This document shows positions 28,426-42,442 of a stretch of 64,000 nt of DNA, piece after piece (the first letter of the stretch is position 1; each line of letters starts with the position of its first letter). Both the position numbers and the translations under genes were made by a program. The notes below the pieces were generated by a model. That model saw only the letters and a list, made by a program, of their open reading frames with translations. It made no database searches and was not told the origin of the DNA. Location: NCBI GenBank assembly GCA_951406725.2, contig OX597830.1, forward strand, positions 25,978,001 through 26,042,000, in the 5' to 3' direction. This DNA comes from Octopus vulgaris (taxonomy: Eukaryota).

Positions 28426-28788
28426 ATATCTATCTATCTATCTATCTGTCTATCTATCTGTCTGTCTGTCTGTCTGTCTAATTATACGAAATGCAAACAC
28501 AAAAATACATGTATATGTGTATGTGTGTATGTGTGTGTGTGTGTGTCTGTGTGTGTGTTTTAGTACAAATATGTGTTTGTGTGAATACAAGTATCTGGGA
28601 AGAGTGGTTTTGCAAACCTTTGAAGTAGGAAGTAGATTGGAATCGGGTCAAGAATTTGGTTTTCACTCGAAACGCTTTAAACGTTGGCCAAAACTGAACC
28701 ACGAATTTCTTCTTTCATCTCAGCCTTTGATTTATGTTTTATTGCTTTGAGAAGTTCTAGATTCACGATGCAATTTATCACTGTCCAG

Positions 28789-28847
<59 letters not shown>

Positions 28848-29598
28848 GTATTTAAATATATATACCTATATAAATATATATGTAATATAAACGTATACGT
28901 GTATGCGTGTACGTATTATAAATATATGCAAAATATAACACATACATACATACATATATGCAAATATACATATATATCATACACACACGTACACTTATAT
29001 GTATGTATATATGTACACATATATATACACACACACACACACATCTATATATGTGTATGCAGTAAGTATTTTTCTTTAGTATAACAACATTATCTGTTTT
29101 GGAGTCGTAAAAGTTCATATTTTATTTTATCCATGAGAATTAAAAGTATAAAGCAACCCCTAGCGGGATTTGAACTCTGGGGCTAATAATGCCAGACAAT
29201 AATCTTAAACATTGAGTAGGGACCCCTACTGCTCCTCTTCACTGATTTTGATAATAATTATGATAATGAACTTATGTACGAGCGTATACATAAATTCGTA
29301 CAGACGCATAGACATATACATCTGAGTATAGTGTATGAAAAAACACACGCAAACACTTCCAAGCACATAAATACACACATACACACACACACACACACAT
29401 AGATATATATATATGTGTGTGTATTCATTTTAACACACTTACACACGTACATACACTCAAACATTCCTACAATATCTATGTGTATATGTAATAATATGTC
29501 TGTGTGTATTTAATATATACATGACGTCAAAATATAGGACAAATAAAATAGCGAAGTGTAGTATTGAATAAAAGTATATCAACGCAGGGCGAAAGAGG

Positions 29599-29634
<36 letters not shown>

Positions 29635-30076
29635 ATACACTTTTTTACTTGTTTCATTTGACTGCGGGCATACTGGAGCACCTCTTCATCGAGCAAATCG
29701 ACCCCAGGGCTTATTCTTTGGAAGCCTAGTACTTATTCCATCGGTCTCTTTTGCCGAACCGCTAAAAACACTTATTCTGTCTAGGGACGTGGATGGCGAT
29801 AAGGAAAACAATTAATGGCTTAATTAGAAAATTATCTTGGCCAAAATTGCGTCCCCCTCAAAGTGGCGCCCAGGGCATGTGCCCTGCTTACCCCACCCAA
29901 GTTACGTTCCTGTATATATATATATATATATATAAAATTAGGTAGCCATTTAGTAATGCATCACCAAAAATATGATGATTATGTGTTGACTGCAGCATCA
30001 GAGCAATTGAACTCTTATTTCTAGCATTGTAGCTACTCTAACACCCACTGTCATATTCAATGACAATTATAGTTTG

Positions 30077-30151
<75 letters not shown>

Positions 30152-30694
30152 ATGTGAGTGTATGTGTGTGTGTATATATGCATACGTGATACATGTACGT
30201 ATATTTATACAAACACGAAAATGCTCGCACATTCATATGTTTACATACATTGGAACACATGACGATATGCATATGTATTGATGTATACATACATATGGCA
30301 TATATATGTGCACGTATATCAACGTATGCACTCGTAATCATGATTGCTGTCCACGGATGATCGAGGAAGACCATCACTGACTATTGCCCATGCAAAGTTT
30401 TACATAGCTATACCTAACCTATGCAAGATTTTAGGTCCAACAAAACTTGTACGACCACTCAGAGACCCTCTCCACCTAACTGACTCGATCCAGATACAAG
30501 CCATGAGAGAAGATCCAGAGCCAATATGGTTCGCGTGTTCAGGAATGTGGGAACGCTATGATCTCAAGTGCGAGCAAAATGACATCCAGAATATCCAATG
30601 TCATTCTGTGCATATCTGGTTTTATATCAGAGTTACCTTCTCCTAGAGACGTTTCTATACATGAAATGTAAGAAAATATAAATGAATCACCTTT

Positions 30695-31040
30695 TACTTG
30701 TTTCGGTCATTTTTACTATTTTACTTGTTTCAGTCATTTGACAGCGGTCATGCCTTTAGTCGAGCAAATCCATCCCAGGACTTATTCTTTGTAAGCCTAG
30801 TACATATTCTATTGGTCTCTTTTGCCGAACCGCTAAGTTACGGGGACGTAAACACACCAGCATCGGTTGTCAAGCAATGTTGGGGGGCACAAACACAGAC
30901 ACACAAACATATACACACACATACATACATATACATATATATACGACGGGCTTCTTTTCAGTTTCCGTCTACCAAATCCACTCACAAGTCTTTGGTCGGC
31001 CCGAGGCTATAGTAGAAGACACTTGCTCAAGGTGCCACGC
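30695..31040 (-). mobile_element. SINE family A (5'-truncated)
   Basis: Homology to family A. Further partial copies at about 3265-3430, 8438-8770, 9196-9652, 17565-17952, 29640-29765 and 63740-63915. Confidence 0.8.
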
Positions 31041-31061
31041 ATACACACACACACACATATA

Positions 31062-31655
31062 CACTGATACAACAAAAGACACCACCACATTGGGACCTAT
31101 ATACACTGGAAGATATGCCAACACTATGGAATAACATCAGAAAAAGAAGGTGGTATAGATACACCCCAGAAAGGTCACAGAAAATGAGAAAGTAACCATA
31201 CTTTGGGATATGCTGATACACACAGATGGAGAAATCAAGGCTAATAGGCTGGATACAGTTGTCGGAGATCAACAAGAAAAAAAAAAAGCTTTCTAATCGA
31301 TGTATCAGTACGAACAGATGACAACGTTTCTTTAAAAGAAACGACGAAGCTTTCAAAATACAGGAATCCGGAAACAGAGATAACTCGAATGTGGCGCCTA
31401 AAAGCAGGAACAATACCTATTATAGTAGGCGCGTTGGCTGTGATAAAAAAAGCATTCATACAAATACATAATAAAAACACCATGACTGACAAATATATAT
31501 AACACGCTGAATATAGGTAGCGCACGCTTCTTATATAAAACAATTTCAATACAGTGAGAATAAGAGCACCACAACAAACCGGAGTACATACCCAAGGCAC
31601 ACAGGGCTGTATACGGTAGTGCAATGAAAGCACGTGATCAAAATAAGATTACTGA
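31062..31655 (+). mobile_element. R4/Dong-clade 3' fragment, second copy
   Basis: Clearly homologous to 25586-26160 in the opposite orientation (ILWDMLIHTDGEIKANRLDTVV..IDVSV..DDNVSLKE). Ends in a (TAA)n tract. Confidence 0.8.
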
Positions 31656-31692
<37 letters not shown>

Positions 31693-31830
31693 TAATAAAA
31701 ATAATAATAATAATAACAATAATAATAATCTTTGGCACAAGATTAGCAATTTCGGGGTAGAGTTTAAGACGATAGCAAATTCAGCTTATCTATGATAATA
31801 ATAATAATTATGATAATAATAATAATTATG

Positions 31831-31922
<92 letters not shown>

Positions 31923-32744
31923 AATAAACAAACAAAAGAACAGAATATCACAAGCTAGCAGGAAACACAAAATTACTGAGCAATGATAATTTCTCGAATG
32001 GATTCAGAGTGCATTATTATTATTATAAAACAACAACAACAGCAACAGTAATAATAATGATAATAATCCGATAAAACAAACGCAGTGAGCAGAATTAAAA
32101 AGTAAAACACACACACAAACAGAACACTAAATCCACCACCAACACCACCACCACCACCACAACCACCACCACAGACAACAACAACAACAACAACGACCAT
32201 AGATGTCAAATTTACGACGTCATTTATAAGACTTTAATTACCGCCATGGGTGTAGCGAAAAACAATATCACACTGACTGATATATTTCTATATTATGTCG
32301 TAGGAAATGTCTGGCATTATTATGTAAAATAGACCATTCCTAAACATATGTTGATACAGTAATTTTATTTTGTGTTTATTATTTTTGTTCTTTTCTAACC
32401 ACAGCGCAACCACCTTTTTGTTCACAGTAGTACGTCTTGCTTGCATAATGGCCGTTTCACTGCGTAATCTCTGTAGCGTTGCCATCAGAACGGTTTATAA
32501 ATTACATCTGCTTTACTTTAACTAATATTTATTTTCTTTAGCGTGTGTTTTGTTTTATTGTTACAGTTTATTCATTTTCTTGTTTTGTTCCTTTGAATAG
32601 ATTTAACTGACGACATAACGACTGATTTATTCAAAGATGGGTATCTAAGAAACGAAATTACAATTTAACGTGTCGTCTGCTTTAGGCATTTGGACTTTTT
32701 GTTTGTATTACAGTAATATATATGTTATAATATATCAATAACAA

Positions 32745-32827
<83 letters not shown>

Positions 32828-33039
32828 ATGAACAAATGTGCAAACACATATATACACAATCGTACGCGTGCACGCGCACGCTGAAATGCATTTGAAGACA
32901 TATATATAGCTATATTATCAATTATGAGTGTGTATGTGGTCTTTTATGCTTGTTGTGTATATATGCATATTTATACATATATTCAAATGTGCAAATTCCT
33001 TCCCTCTCCCCTTCCTCTCTCAATTAAACATACACATTA

Positions 33040-33240
33040 TATATATATACATACATAAGAACCCTGGAGATGTTGCGCATATGCAACAAATGGGCTGAGA
33101 AAAATAATATGCAGTTTAATGCTAGAAAATTCCAAGCCCTGCGCTATCTACACAGGAAGCTGAATGAAAACTGGATACACTGGTCCAGGAGGAATTGCAA
33201 TCCCTGAATCAAAATCAGTGCTCAGCTGGTACTTATATCA
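33040..33240 (+). mobile_element. CR1/L2-type RT fragment
   Basis: NKWAEKNNMQFNARKFQALRY matches the W...N.M.FN..K RT-thumb motif. Confidence 0.5.
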
Positions 33241-33850
33241 TCAACCCTAGCGCTAATTTGGTACTTATGCTATCGACCCCGAAAGGAATGAAAAGAACAG
33301 TCGGCCTTGGTGGCGTTTGAACACCAAACGTAAAGACGCGCGAAATACCGCTATGCATTTCCCTCTTGTTGCTAACGATTCTGCTAGCCCGCCGACGCCG
33401 CAAGTTCACTTCTGATATTAGCAACCTAAGAAAGGCGGCGAGCTGATAGAATTATTAGCAAGACGGCGAACTGGCAGAATCGTTAGTACGCCAGGTGAAA
33501 TGTTTTGCGGTATTTCGTCTGGCGTTACGTTCTGAGTTCAAATTACGCCAAGGTCAACTTTGCCTTTCATCCTTTAGGGGTCGATAAATTAAGTTCCAGT
33601 TACGCCCTTGGTCTGTCCTTGTTTGTCCCATCTATGTTTAGCCCCTTATGGGCAATAAAGAAATAAGAATTATTAGCAAAATGCTTAGCGGCATTTTGTC
33701 CGTCCTTACGTTCTGAGTTTAAATTCTGCCGACGTCGATTTGTCTTTCATCCCTTCTGGGGTCGATAAAAATATCTCTTGAGAGCCGTGGTCAATGTAAT
33801 CGACTAAAAACCTACCCCAAAATTGCAGGCCTTGTGCCAAAATTTGAAAC
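33240..33850. mobile_element. Cluster of SINE family B copies in both orientations
   Basis: Reverse copy at about 33240-33400 and forward copies at 33432-33850. Others at 4265-4410, 5895-6098, 14390-14590, 34487-34702, 42863-43097 and 44712-44950. Confidence 0.8.
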
Positions 33851-34259
33851 CAACATTAGTATCTTGAGGATTAACCTTTCCACGGTTTACATTATATAAT
33901 GTTTTGGTCATCATCTCTCATAAGCAGAGTATACAGGATGGTATTAGCAGGCAGCTGCCTTCAAAGTCGCGGTTGGTTTATCTATATTACTCTGCCTTTT
34001 ATGTATCAGGTTGTTCTTTTGCACCACTCAACTGTAAAAGATAACCTGGTTATTAGTGTACAATAGGCCACTCAGGTTGTCAATAAATATTTATATACAT
34101 AAGTATGTAGGATGTATAAGTATGCATACGTATATACATAAATGTATAAGATATATAGAAGTATAAATATTTATATAAGTACTCATATACATAAGTATAG
34201 ATATACATGTATGCGGGTATACGTATATACATAGGTAAAGTATATTAGATACATGAAAT

Positions 34260-34305
<46 letters not shown>

Positions 34306-34859
34306 GATCCATCTTACACAGAGTACAAATGATATTGCGAATTAAAGGTGTGAAATAAAGGAATTACAAATCCAATCTATGAACTTCCCTCCTTTAACAT
34401 CTCAAATGCAAGATCTCTTCCCTGAAGACGGAGGTTCGTCTCATCCTATGATTAAATCTATTCACAAACACTTTGATGGACCACCGAGTGGCGGCGAGCT
34501 GGCTGAATAGCTAGCACGCTGGGCGAAATGTTTAGCGGTATTTCGCCCGTCACTACGTTCTGAGTTAGAATTCCGCCGAGGTCAACTTTGCCTTTCATTC
34601 TTTCGGGGTCGATAAATTAAGTACCAGTTGAGTACTGGGGTCGATGTAACCGAATATCCCCCTCCCCTAAAATTTCAGGCCTTGTGGCTATAGTAGAAAG
34701 GACTATAATAGACAGCCAAACTCACTGGGACAGTTGTTGAATTTGTAATTCCTTTACTTCACCCGTTTAATTTTCTATATCATTTGTACTATAAGCAAGT
34801 TGAACCCTTTTATATGTATACATATATACACATTTTGTATTTCATGTATATACATAAGT

Positions 34860-35560
34860 ATATAAAAAGTTCATTCCAGAAGTTTTTAAACTTTATCAGG
34901 AGAGACAGTTGTTAATTTCAAAGAAGTACAAAGCTATAATATCCTTCAATGTAGGATCCTTGGACTTCAATAAATTGTAGCCCTTCAGCCACTTCATGAA
35001 GGCCCTCATGGAACTCCAGCAAAGGGAAAATGTCAAGGACTCTTGTTATAACCTCCTTCATCTTCAAAACTACTTCCTCCGAGGTTGTCTTTTAGCAGGG
35101 AGCAAGACCCAGAATGTAGGGAGTTTGACGTTTAGTTTTGTTATCCATCTCTGTCAAGTAGATGCTCACCAGAATCCTGTTCACCGATCACCATGGGAAC
35201 AAACCTTGCTCGAAAGTTGTGCCTGCTCATATATTCTTCCTGAAAAATTCTGTTTACAGCTTCCATAGCAACTCCAAATTACATGTTTGTCTTTAAAGTC
35301 AGGCAACGGTTTCCATCCAGATAATTGCAGATTTTCCCAACAAGTTCTAATGTCCTGATGTTTTGAAGTTCCTCTCACATTCTTCATTGTCTCTCACTTC
35401 CTCTCTACCAGCAGAAAAGTTAATCCTTTAAGAGGTTTGGAGCATTTCGTACGTTTCTGTAGCATTTTTACCCAGTTTTGCACAAAACTTAATTGGGCGG
35501 CGAGCTTCCAAACTCCGCGACAGCATTCAGAAAATTAATCAGCTGTGACATGACGTGTTC
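34860..35560 (-). mobile_element. Degraded mariner transposase
   Basis: Minus strand IKFCAKLGKNATETYEMLQ..FSAGREEVRD. Confidence 0.6.
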
Positions 35561-36107
35561 AGTATGGGGTGTTGAAAGAGCTCCTACAGCCGTCTTCTTC
35601 AACCTAAAATAACAAAAGATGGCGGACCGGTTTATTAGATATATAGTGATGGTATGCTAAAATTACAATAATCTAGGACAGTTATAACTGCCTCTCCTAA
35701 AATTCTCAATGCTTCTTGAATGCATATCGTAAGATGTGTACAAAACATAAATACGTAGTGTTCAGAATGTATATTAGTTTTTACACTTCCATACTTAAGT
35801 GTGTGTGTATATATACATATATATTTGGTCATCCCATAAATAATGCGGGTTTTTTATACTTCTTTTATTTCTCAAAATTTCAGTCATTGAGACATTTTCA
35901 ACTATAAGTATGGAAAACAATTAAATTTGGGAAAAATTAAAAGAAATTTTTTTAAAAGAATATCTGCATAGTACAAGGGTCACTTTTCTTGTTTCTGCCT
36001 GTCTCTGTCTCTCTTGTTTACTCTTGTGGGTTCGAGGCCGTTGTGACTGAAACCAGTACTGAAATGTTTATAGATTATTCTAGCATTTTCTACCTTGACT
36101 TTTTCCA

Positions 36108-36138
<31 letters not shown>

Positions 36139-36240
36139 TCGGGGTGAGTACTTGATAATTATAAGCACCTGTGTATACCGTTTGGTGGTGTAGGTGGTGG
36201 AGTAAATTGATCAAAATAAAAACATGATGCGAAGGATTCA

Positions 36241-36318
36241 GCGGTACATATGTTTCGGGCCTTTATTAGACAGATTTATAACAATGCATAATGTATGTCT
36301 GTGGCCTTCTTCAGCCGC
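36241..36318 (-). ncRNA. Type I hammerhead ribozyme at the 3' end (pseudo-LTR) of a Penelope-like element
   Basis: Minus strand GCGG CTGAAGA A GGCC...GGCC C GAAA CATATG TA CCGC: palindromic stem III ACATATGT, GUA triplet, downstream of and co-oriented with the GIY-YIG ORF. Confidence 0.8.
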
Positions 36319-38145
36319 GCACAACAGCTTCCACAAGGACATGTGTTACATCAAAAATTCTTGGTTGGGGATGCAAATCCTCCCATTCGCGTACGACATA
36401 ATGCGGCAGCAGCATAGAATTGAAGCGTCCATCTCTTTCTTCTCTCAATGTAGGATGAGGAAAATTGGATGTTGAAGTAATGTAAATAAATAAATACATG
36501 TATATACGTGAAGATGGAGGGGCGAGAATTCAGGACGAGGGATAAAAAATGTATAAAAAGTGTAAGTATAGAAAACTATAAAAATGTAGAGCATAAAGAT
36601 ATAAAGAGATATAAGGAGATGTAAAGGGGGTATAAAGAATATAAAGAAATATAAAGAAATATAAATAAATGTAAAGGCATAAGGTTATAAAGTAAAAATA
36701 GAAATAGAAATAAAAGTAAAAAAACATGATAAAAATGTAACAAAATATAAAAAAAAAATATATAAAGATAAGGGATGTATAGAGGTTACGGACCAAGCAT
36801 GGTGGTCAGGAGATTGATAAAATTTAGTTGTAGAATTGTCAGTAAATCAACAGTTTCGTCTGGGGACCTAATGCGTTGTAAATCAGAACTGTTGAGCGTT
36901 TAATCTGGTTCCTTGAATTATTTGGACTTCTAGTACATACATACCAACATGGATACATACACCCATATACGCGCGCACATATACGCCTCCAAGCCTATAA
37001 GCATACACACGCACTCGCGTGTAAACATGTATATAAACACACACACACCCACACGCACGTGCGTACACATACATACATACAACAGAATATCCGCATGTAT
37101 ATACGGACACTATACGTGTACACACTCACATGTACATACGCGCGCCCATCCCTACATACACACACGCATATGGCCACGCTTCCAGGTCTAGATATAAGAT
37201 ATTAAAGGATGTATATAAGAGCGTATGTAAGGAATCACGTCTATACGTGCACGCACACACGGCTGTGTGTACGTATGTGCGTGCACACACACACAGAGAC
37301 ATATGGGTACAGCTATAAGATATCAAAATATGCATGTACATATATGCGCGCGTATATGTATGCATGCGTATACATACGTACACGGACGCTCGTATAGTCA
37401 AAAGTGGATCCATAGGTAAGTAAATAAACATATATAGAGATGTAAAGCGATAAGTTAAGGGTAAGAATGAGGGTAAGGGTAAAAATTAGAAATAAAAGTA
37501 AGAAATACAGTATAAAATAAGAAATACAATGTAATAGTTAGAAATGAAATATAAAAATTATAAAAATTATAAGAGTTAAGGTAAGGGATGAAAATGAAAA
37601 TGAGAATAAATGGAAGTAGAATAAAAGTAAAAATAAAAATAAAATAAAATAAGATAAAAATATAATTTAACATGAGATGAAGGTGGTTGAAAGTTAGAGG
37701 TGTGTGTTAAAAGTGCCCACGTAGGGGCGGGCGGGGGGAACTGAAAATTGGAAGGGTGGGAAGTGGAGTTTGGCGGTGTGCGTTCAACATCCGAGTTAGA
37801 AATGTGAAAGGGTATAGATATAGGGAAGTAAAGAGACTATATAGGAAGGATATGGGTGTAGGAGAAGAAATATTTAGGGAAAAGAAGTCATGTATGGGAG
37901 ACAAAATTTGTATATATAGGAGGAAAATGCAGGGAAACATATATGCACATACACACGCCCACACACACACACACATGCACATATATATATATATATATAT
38001 GTACATATACGTACACATATGTGCACATACATATACATACACACACACATACGCATATACACGCACATATAGGAAAGCGGGATGTGCTGGAGCCGACAGG
38101 TTGCACCGGGTGGGAGGAAATTGCATGGGGGAGTTGGTATAAAAC

Positions 38146-38815
38146 CTAAGCTTTGTAGTATTTGAAAGTATTAATAAGTTTGTGTATACAGGATGGTTTG
38201 AACTCTGACCTTTTGTTAATAAGATTGTGTTTGTCTTTGAATTTCAAGATGTTCAGGAGTTCTACACAACATAGTTGGCATCCTGCTCTATTATTTAAAT
38301 AAGGTGCAGCTGATCCGATGATGGACCATCTGAGTTTGAAGCCTATACATTTGTCTTTTAATTCCCAAATTCTTTTAGAAAGGGAGGTGCTGTTAGCCTT
38401 ATGTCTGTGTCTCAGCGAGGACCGGTGGTTGTAGTATCTGGATTTCCAGGAGGTTGAGCAACCAATATAGGTGAGTGTGTTAAACTGAGTACTCACCTCA
38501 CATGAATATATTACGTTTTTCGCCCTACATGCGCCCTGCAGCGGGCACTCTGATGCACATCTGCAGTTGCATTGCATTGCATTATTCGGTCGTGTGCTGC
38601 TAATCCCAGGCGGAGGTGTTGCAATACGAGTGGGGGCGTTGATATCCTCCTGGTTGTTGATGGGTGTAGTATTTCCTCTGTTGTGTTGGCGGGTGTTATT
38701 ACTAACTGTTTGGGTAGTATGGCTGCCAGTCTGGTTATATTGTCTACTGTCTAGATGAGGGGGGTTCTGTTGGTCGCTATGGTTTGCTCTTGATCTAGCT
38801 GTTCTAATATTAATA
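38146..38815 (-). CDS. Penelope-like element GIY-YIG endonuclease domain (transposon ORF, 5'-truncated)
   Basis: The frame stays open upstream of the listed Met through an N/T/Q/P-rich linker (..QNPPHLDSRQYNQTGSHTTQ..TRPNNAMQCNC..) to about 38815. Ends at a TAG at 38146. Confidence 0.75.
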
Positions 38816-38891
38816 TAGTTATGTTTATATATATATAAGACAAAGTGCGAGGAATTTTCAAGACATTTATAAGGAAAAAGATATAGATATA

Positions 38892-38939
38892 GTCTTACAT
38901 CTGTTTCTGGGATATTATGGATTTCCCTTCCTCAGAGAC
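38892..38939 (-). ncRNA. Type I hammerhead ribozyme (slightly degenerate)
   Basis: Minus strand GTCT CTGAGGA A GGGA...TCCC A GAAA CAGATG TA AGAC: stem I GTCT/AGAC, stem II GGGA/TCCC. Confidence 0.7.
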
Positions 38940-38989
38940 GATGTGAGATGGTTACAAATACAGACAGAGAGACATACAGAAATACACAC

Positions 38990-39029
<40 letters not shown>

Positions 39030-39071
39030 AATACATACACATATATATGAGAATGTATTCACACACACGTG

Positions 39072-39120
<49 letters not shown>

Positions 39121-39722
39121 CATCATATAAATGCATATGCATGCATATAAATACAGACACATGCACACACACACGCACACACATACACACGCATACATGC
39201 ACACATATGTACATATATATATAGACAGTTAGTATATGTAGATATTCATATTATTTTCTCTTAGCCCAAGTCAGTAACCATTTTAAAGCCAGTATTGTAC
39301 GAAAGAAGTGTCATATTTTACATCCCTGTAAATTTTTGCACAAGCTTTATGCCAACAGAATTTGTAACGTCTGTTGCTTTCAATACGTTTCTATCGCCAT
39401 TGAACACGTTTTGCTCCAGTCCTAAATATATGCTGTAACATCAAGTTCACTTTTCTAGCATCTCTACGAAAATTGAAAACAGAAGCAGAAGAGCAAATAT
39501 TAACGATCGCAGCACAACAGCAAATAAAAATGGCTGGTGCTACATAAGACAAGCGGTTGAATACCAAACATAACAAAGTAAGAACAGCTTTGTAAATGTC
39601 AAGAGACGCTAAATGCTGAATACGTCATCATCAGTTTGAGTGTACGTTACATCAAGCATTCGTGGGGCATTAGGCAATTGTAGTTAGCAGTAAATATTAA
39701 TAATCATATCAGAGCAGGTGAA

Positions 39723-39811
<89 letters not shown>

Positions 39812-39823
39812 CTTAACCAGATG

Positions 39824-39922
<99 letters not shown>

Positions 39923-39929
39923 GTGTGTA

Positions 39930-40760
39930 TGGGAATCGACTAAAGTAAGGAAGTTCCTACCTATCAAATGAGAAGCTGCTATATATCAATACACTTCCTC
40001 ATCTAGCCTCAATATTCGAGCATGCAATTAACGGAAGAACCTCCTTTCGATCTCTGAATAAAATCTTTACCGTCGCTGTTCCGAAAAACATCATAACCTG
40101 GCCGTCAGTCATTTCAAGGATAGGATGAGATATGCTCAACCCTGACTCTGACAAGAGGATACGCCATTGTATGTTTCTGTGGTTCTCACTTCGTTTCCTT
40201 TCAATGCAAAAGGTTGCGTAGTTAGGATATTCTTTAGTTTAATCGATAAGCATTTCCCTCAAAACCCACAGATACAGAAAATTTTTAACAGTCGTGCATC
40301 GAGGGTTTCTTATAACTGCGCACCTCACAGAAATATATTAATAAATAAGCCCAAAGGTAGAACAAAAGCAGGTTGATCAAGTCCACAACGGTAAACTGTT
40401 AGTGCGATACAAAAGCTGTTATGTATGAGGCGGATGGGGTATCGAAGTATTCCAGTTAGGCGACGAGCATACTGACATACAATCTGAACATGACGGACGG
40501 TCATGTGAAGACCAGGTTCCACCACCAGGTTCCATCAGTCTTCGTATGTTATCTAAGATTGACGCAATGCCTCTCGCGAAATCTGTATGGATAGCGAAGG
40601 AAAACAACACACGTTACATCATCAAGTGGAGGATACTAGGTGCCTGCTTAAACTTTAAAAGTGAGGTTTTTACTTCCTGCTCTCGTTAGTGGAGATATAA
40701 CTCAACTACTGCTCGGAGACATCTTGGGTATAACTGTTGGCTATTTCCCCATCAGTGTTT
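39930..40760 (+). mobile_element. Degraded Penelope-like element fragment
   Basis: FFSLIDKHFPQNPQIQKIFNSRASRVSYNCAP (RT thumb, ORF 40167-40376), followed by KTRFHH..SLRMLSKIDAMPLAKSVWIAKENNTRYIIKWRIL (GIY-YIG C-terminal part). Confidence 0.7.
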
Positions 40761-42327
40761 CCCTCGCCATTTCATGGGTAAGGGTTTAGTCGAATAGATC
40801 GACCCTAGGACTTGGTCAATACTTTGTTCTATCGGCCCCGAACAAATGAAAGACGAAGGTTATTTCGGTGACGTTTAATCCGAAAATACAAGAAGCCAAA
40901 AGAAACGTTGCTAGTTGTTTTGTCCGACTCGCTCCCGATTCTGCCAACTCGCTGCCTCAAAGATCTTAAATTTTGGCTCAAGAACAGCAATTTTAGTTGA
41001 AGGGATAAGTCAGTCGTATCGACCTCAGTGCTCAAATGTTACTTATTTTATCGACGCCGAAACAATTAAAGGCAAAGTCCACCTTGGTGACATTAAAACT
41101 AACTATATATACAGAGCCATCAGAATAATCGGTATGCGTATAGTTTGGCAGGTTAAAGTTTCTGTCACCGCATACCTTTGTTTCGAATGTTTGCTCAACA
41201 GGAGCATTCATAGCGGTTGGGGTAGCGATCAAGTTGATTATACTGACTCCAGTGTTTGATTGATACTTATTTTATCAACCCCCAATAGAATGAAACTTAT
41301 TTGAACGCAGAACCCAAAGCCAAAAGAAATTTTGATAAGCATTAATAGTTAAACAAGATACAATTTCCTATAGACGTGAATGATAATATTCAGTATAACC
41401 TTGACCATTGCAGAACCATATGCGACCATACGACTTTATTTACACCATGCTTGATAAATAAAAGCAAAAAATGAACCGGATTATTTACGCCACTCTGAAC
41501 ATTGAGAAAAGTATAAATAAAACTATGACTTACTCATACAATTATATTTAGATTTTGCTTTTTGTTTTCGTGGCATGTACACTTGAAAGCCTTCAATAAA
41601 ACCTTTAGTATCTGATTCATGTTTATTGAGGTAAAAAATTTCGTTTCATGCAGTTGGTATATAGTAAATGGATATGGACTGAGACGAGCTGACTGTTAAT
41701 GGTTTAAATTTCGATGACCTCATTTTCACATGATCACGATGGTTGTTGTCATACATTAATATTGTGTATCAGAAGTGTCTTTGTCTAAATTCCCGAGAAG
41801 GAATTATTGTGTGTGTCAACACATACAAAAATAATCATATCGAACAATTGGTCTAAGTTGTTGTTTAGACCCAGGTCAGCCTTGATCCAAAAGAACTCTG
41901 TCTAAAGGCGTTTCTTCATCCATTAAACATTGTCCAATGTACTCGTATAAGACGGTGGGATTTGTAAGATATTTTACTGTTATTTCTAGTAGATCGAGCG
42001 TCGGTACAGAGGCTCCCTCTTTTGTTCGCAAAGCTCAAAGCTAGTAACATAGTAACAAAGTGGACTTAATGATTTTGCTTTGCCCCAGATCAAACCTCAT
42101 TGACCAGGCGAACCATCCCATGGTTTTTTTTATCGTAGGACATTGTTCACTATGTCCATATCCTTACCTTTTTACAGCGTTAAAGTGTATTTTTAGTGTG
42201 ATTCAAAGACAATTTACTATCCTTATAGTTGTTATTTAACACGAAGGTGGCCCCGAGTAAGAAGAGCTACCACCAAGAGGCTTTACCACTGAGACCATGT
42301 AAATATTAATAATCATATCAGAGCAGA

Positions 42328-42442
<115 letters not shown>

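Larger units (their letters stand above)
36180..38815 (-). mobile_element. 5'-truncated Penelope-like element: linker, GIY-YIG endonuclease, long 3' UTR and hammerhead
   Basis: ORF 38146-38577 (CNCRCASECPLQGAC..NVIY..TYIG..KSRYYNH..STSLSKRIWELK..WSII..APY..CQLCCVE..LINKRSE..CIH) matches the C-terminal GIY-YIG/CCHH domain of Penelope-like elements. Hammerhead at 36241; (TA)n flanks. Confidence 0.85.

Noticed and set aside
32405-32492. Strong acceptor (ttcttttctaaccacag) with a downstream ATG (MAVSLRNLCSVAIRT)
   Set aside because: Weak donor (gtttat) and no recognisable protein similarity; cannot be supported without transcripts.
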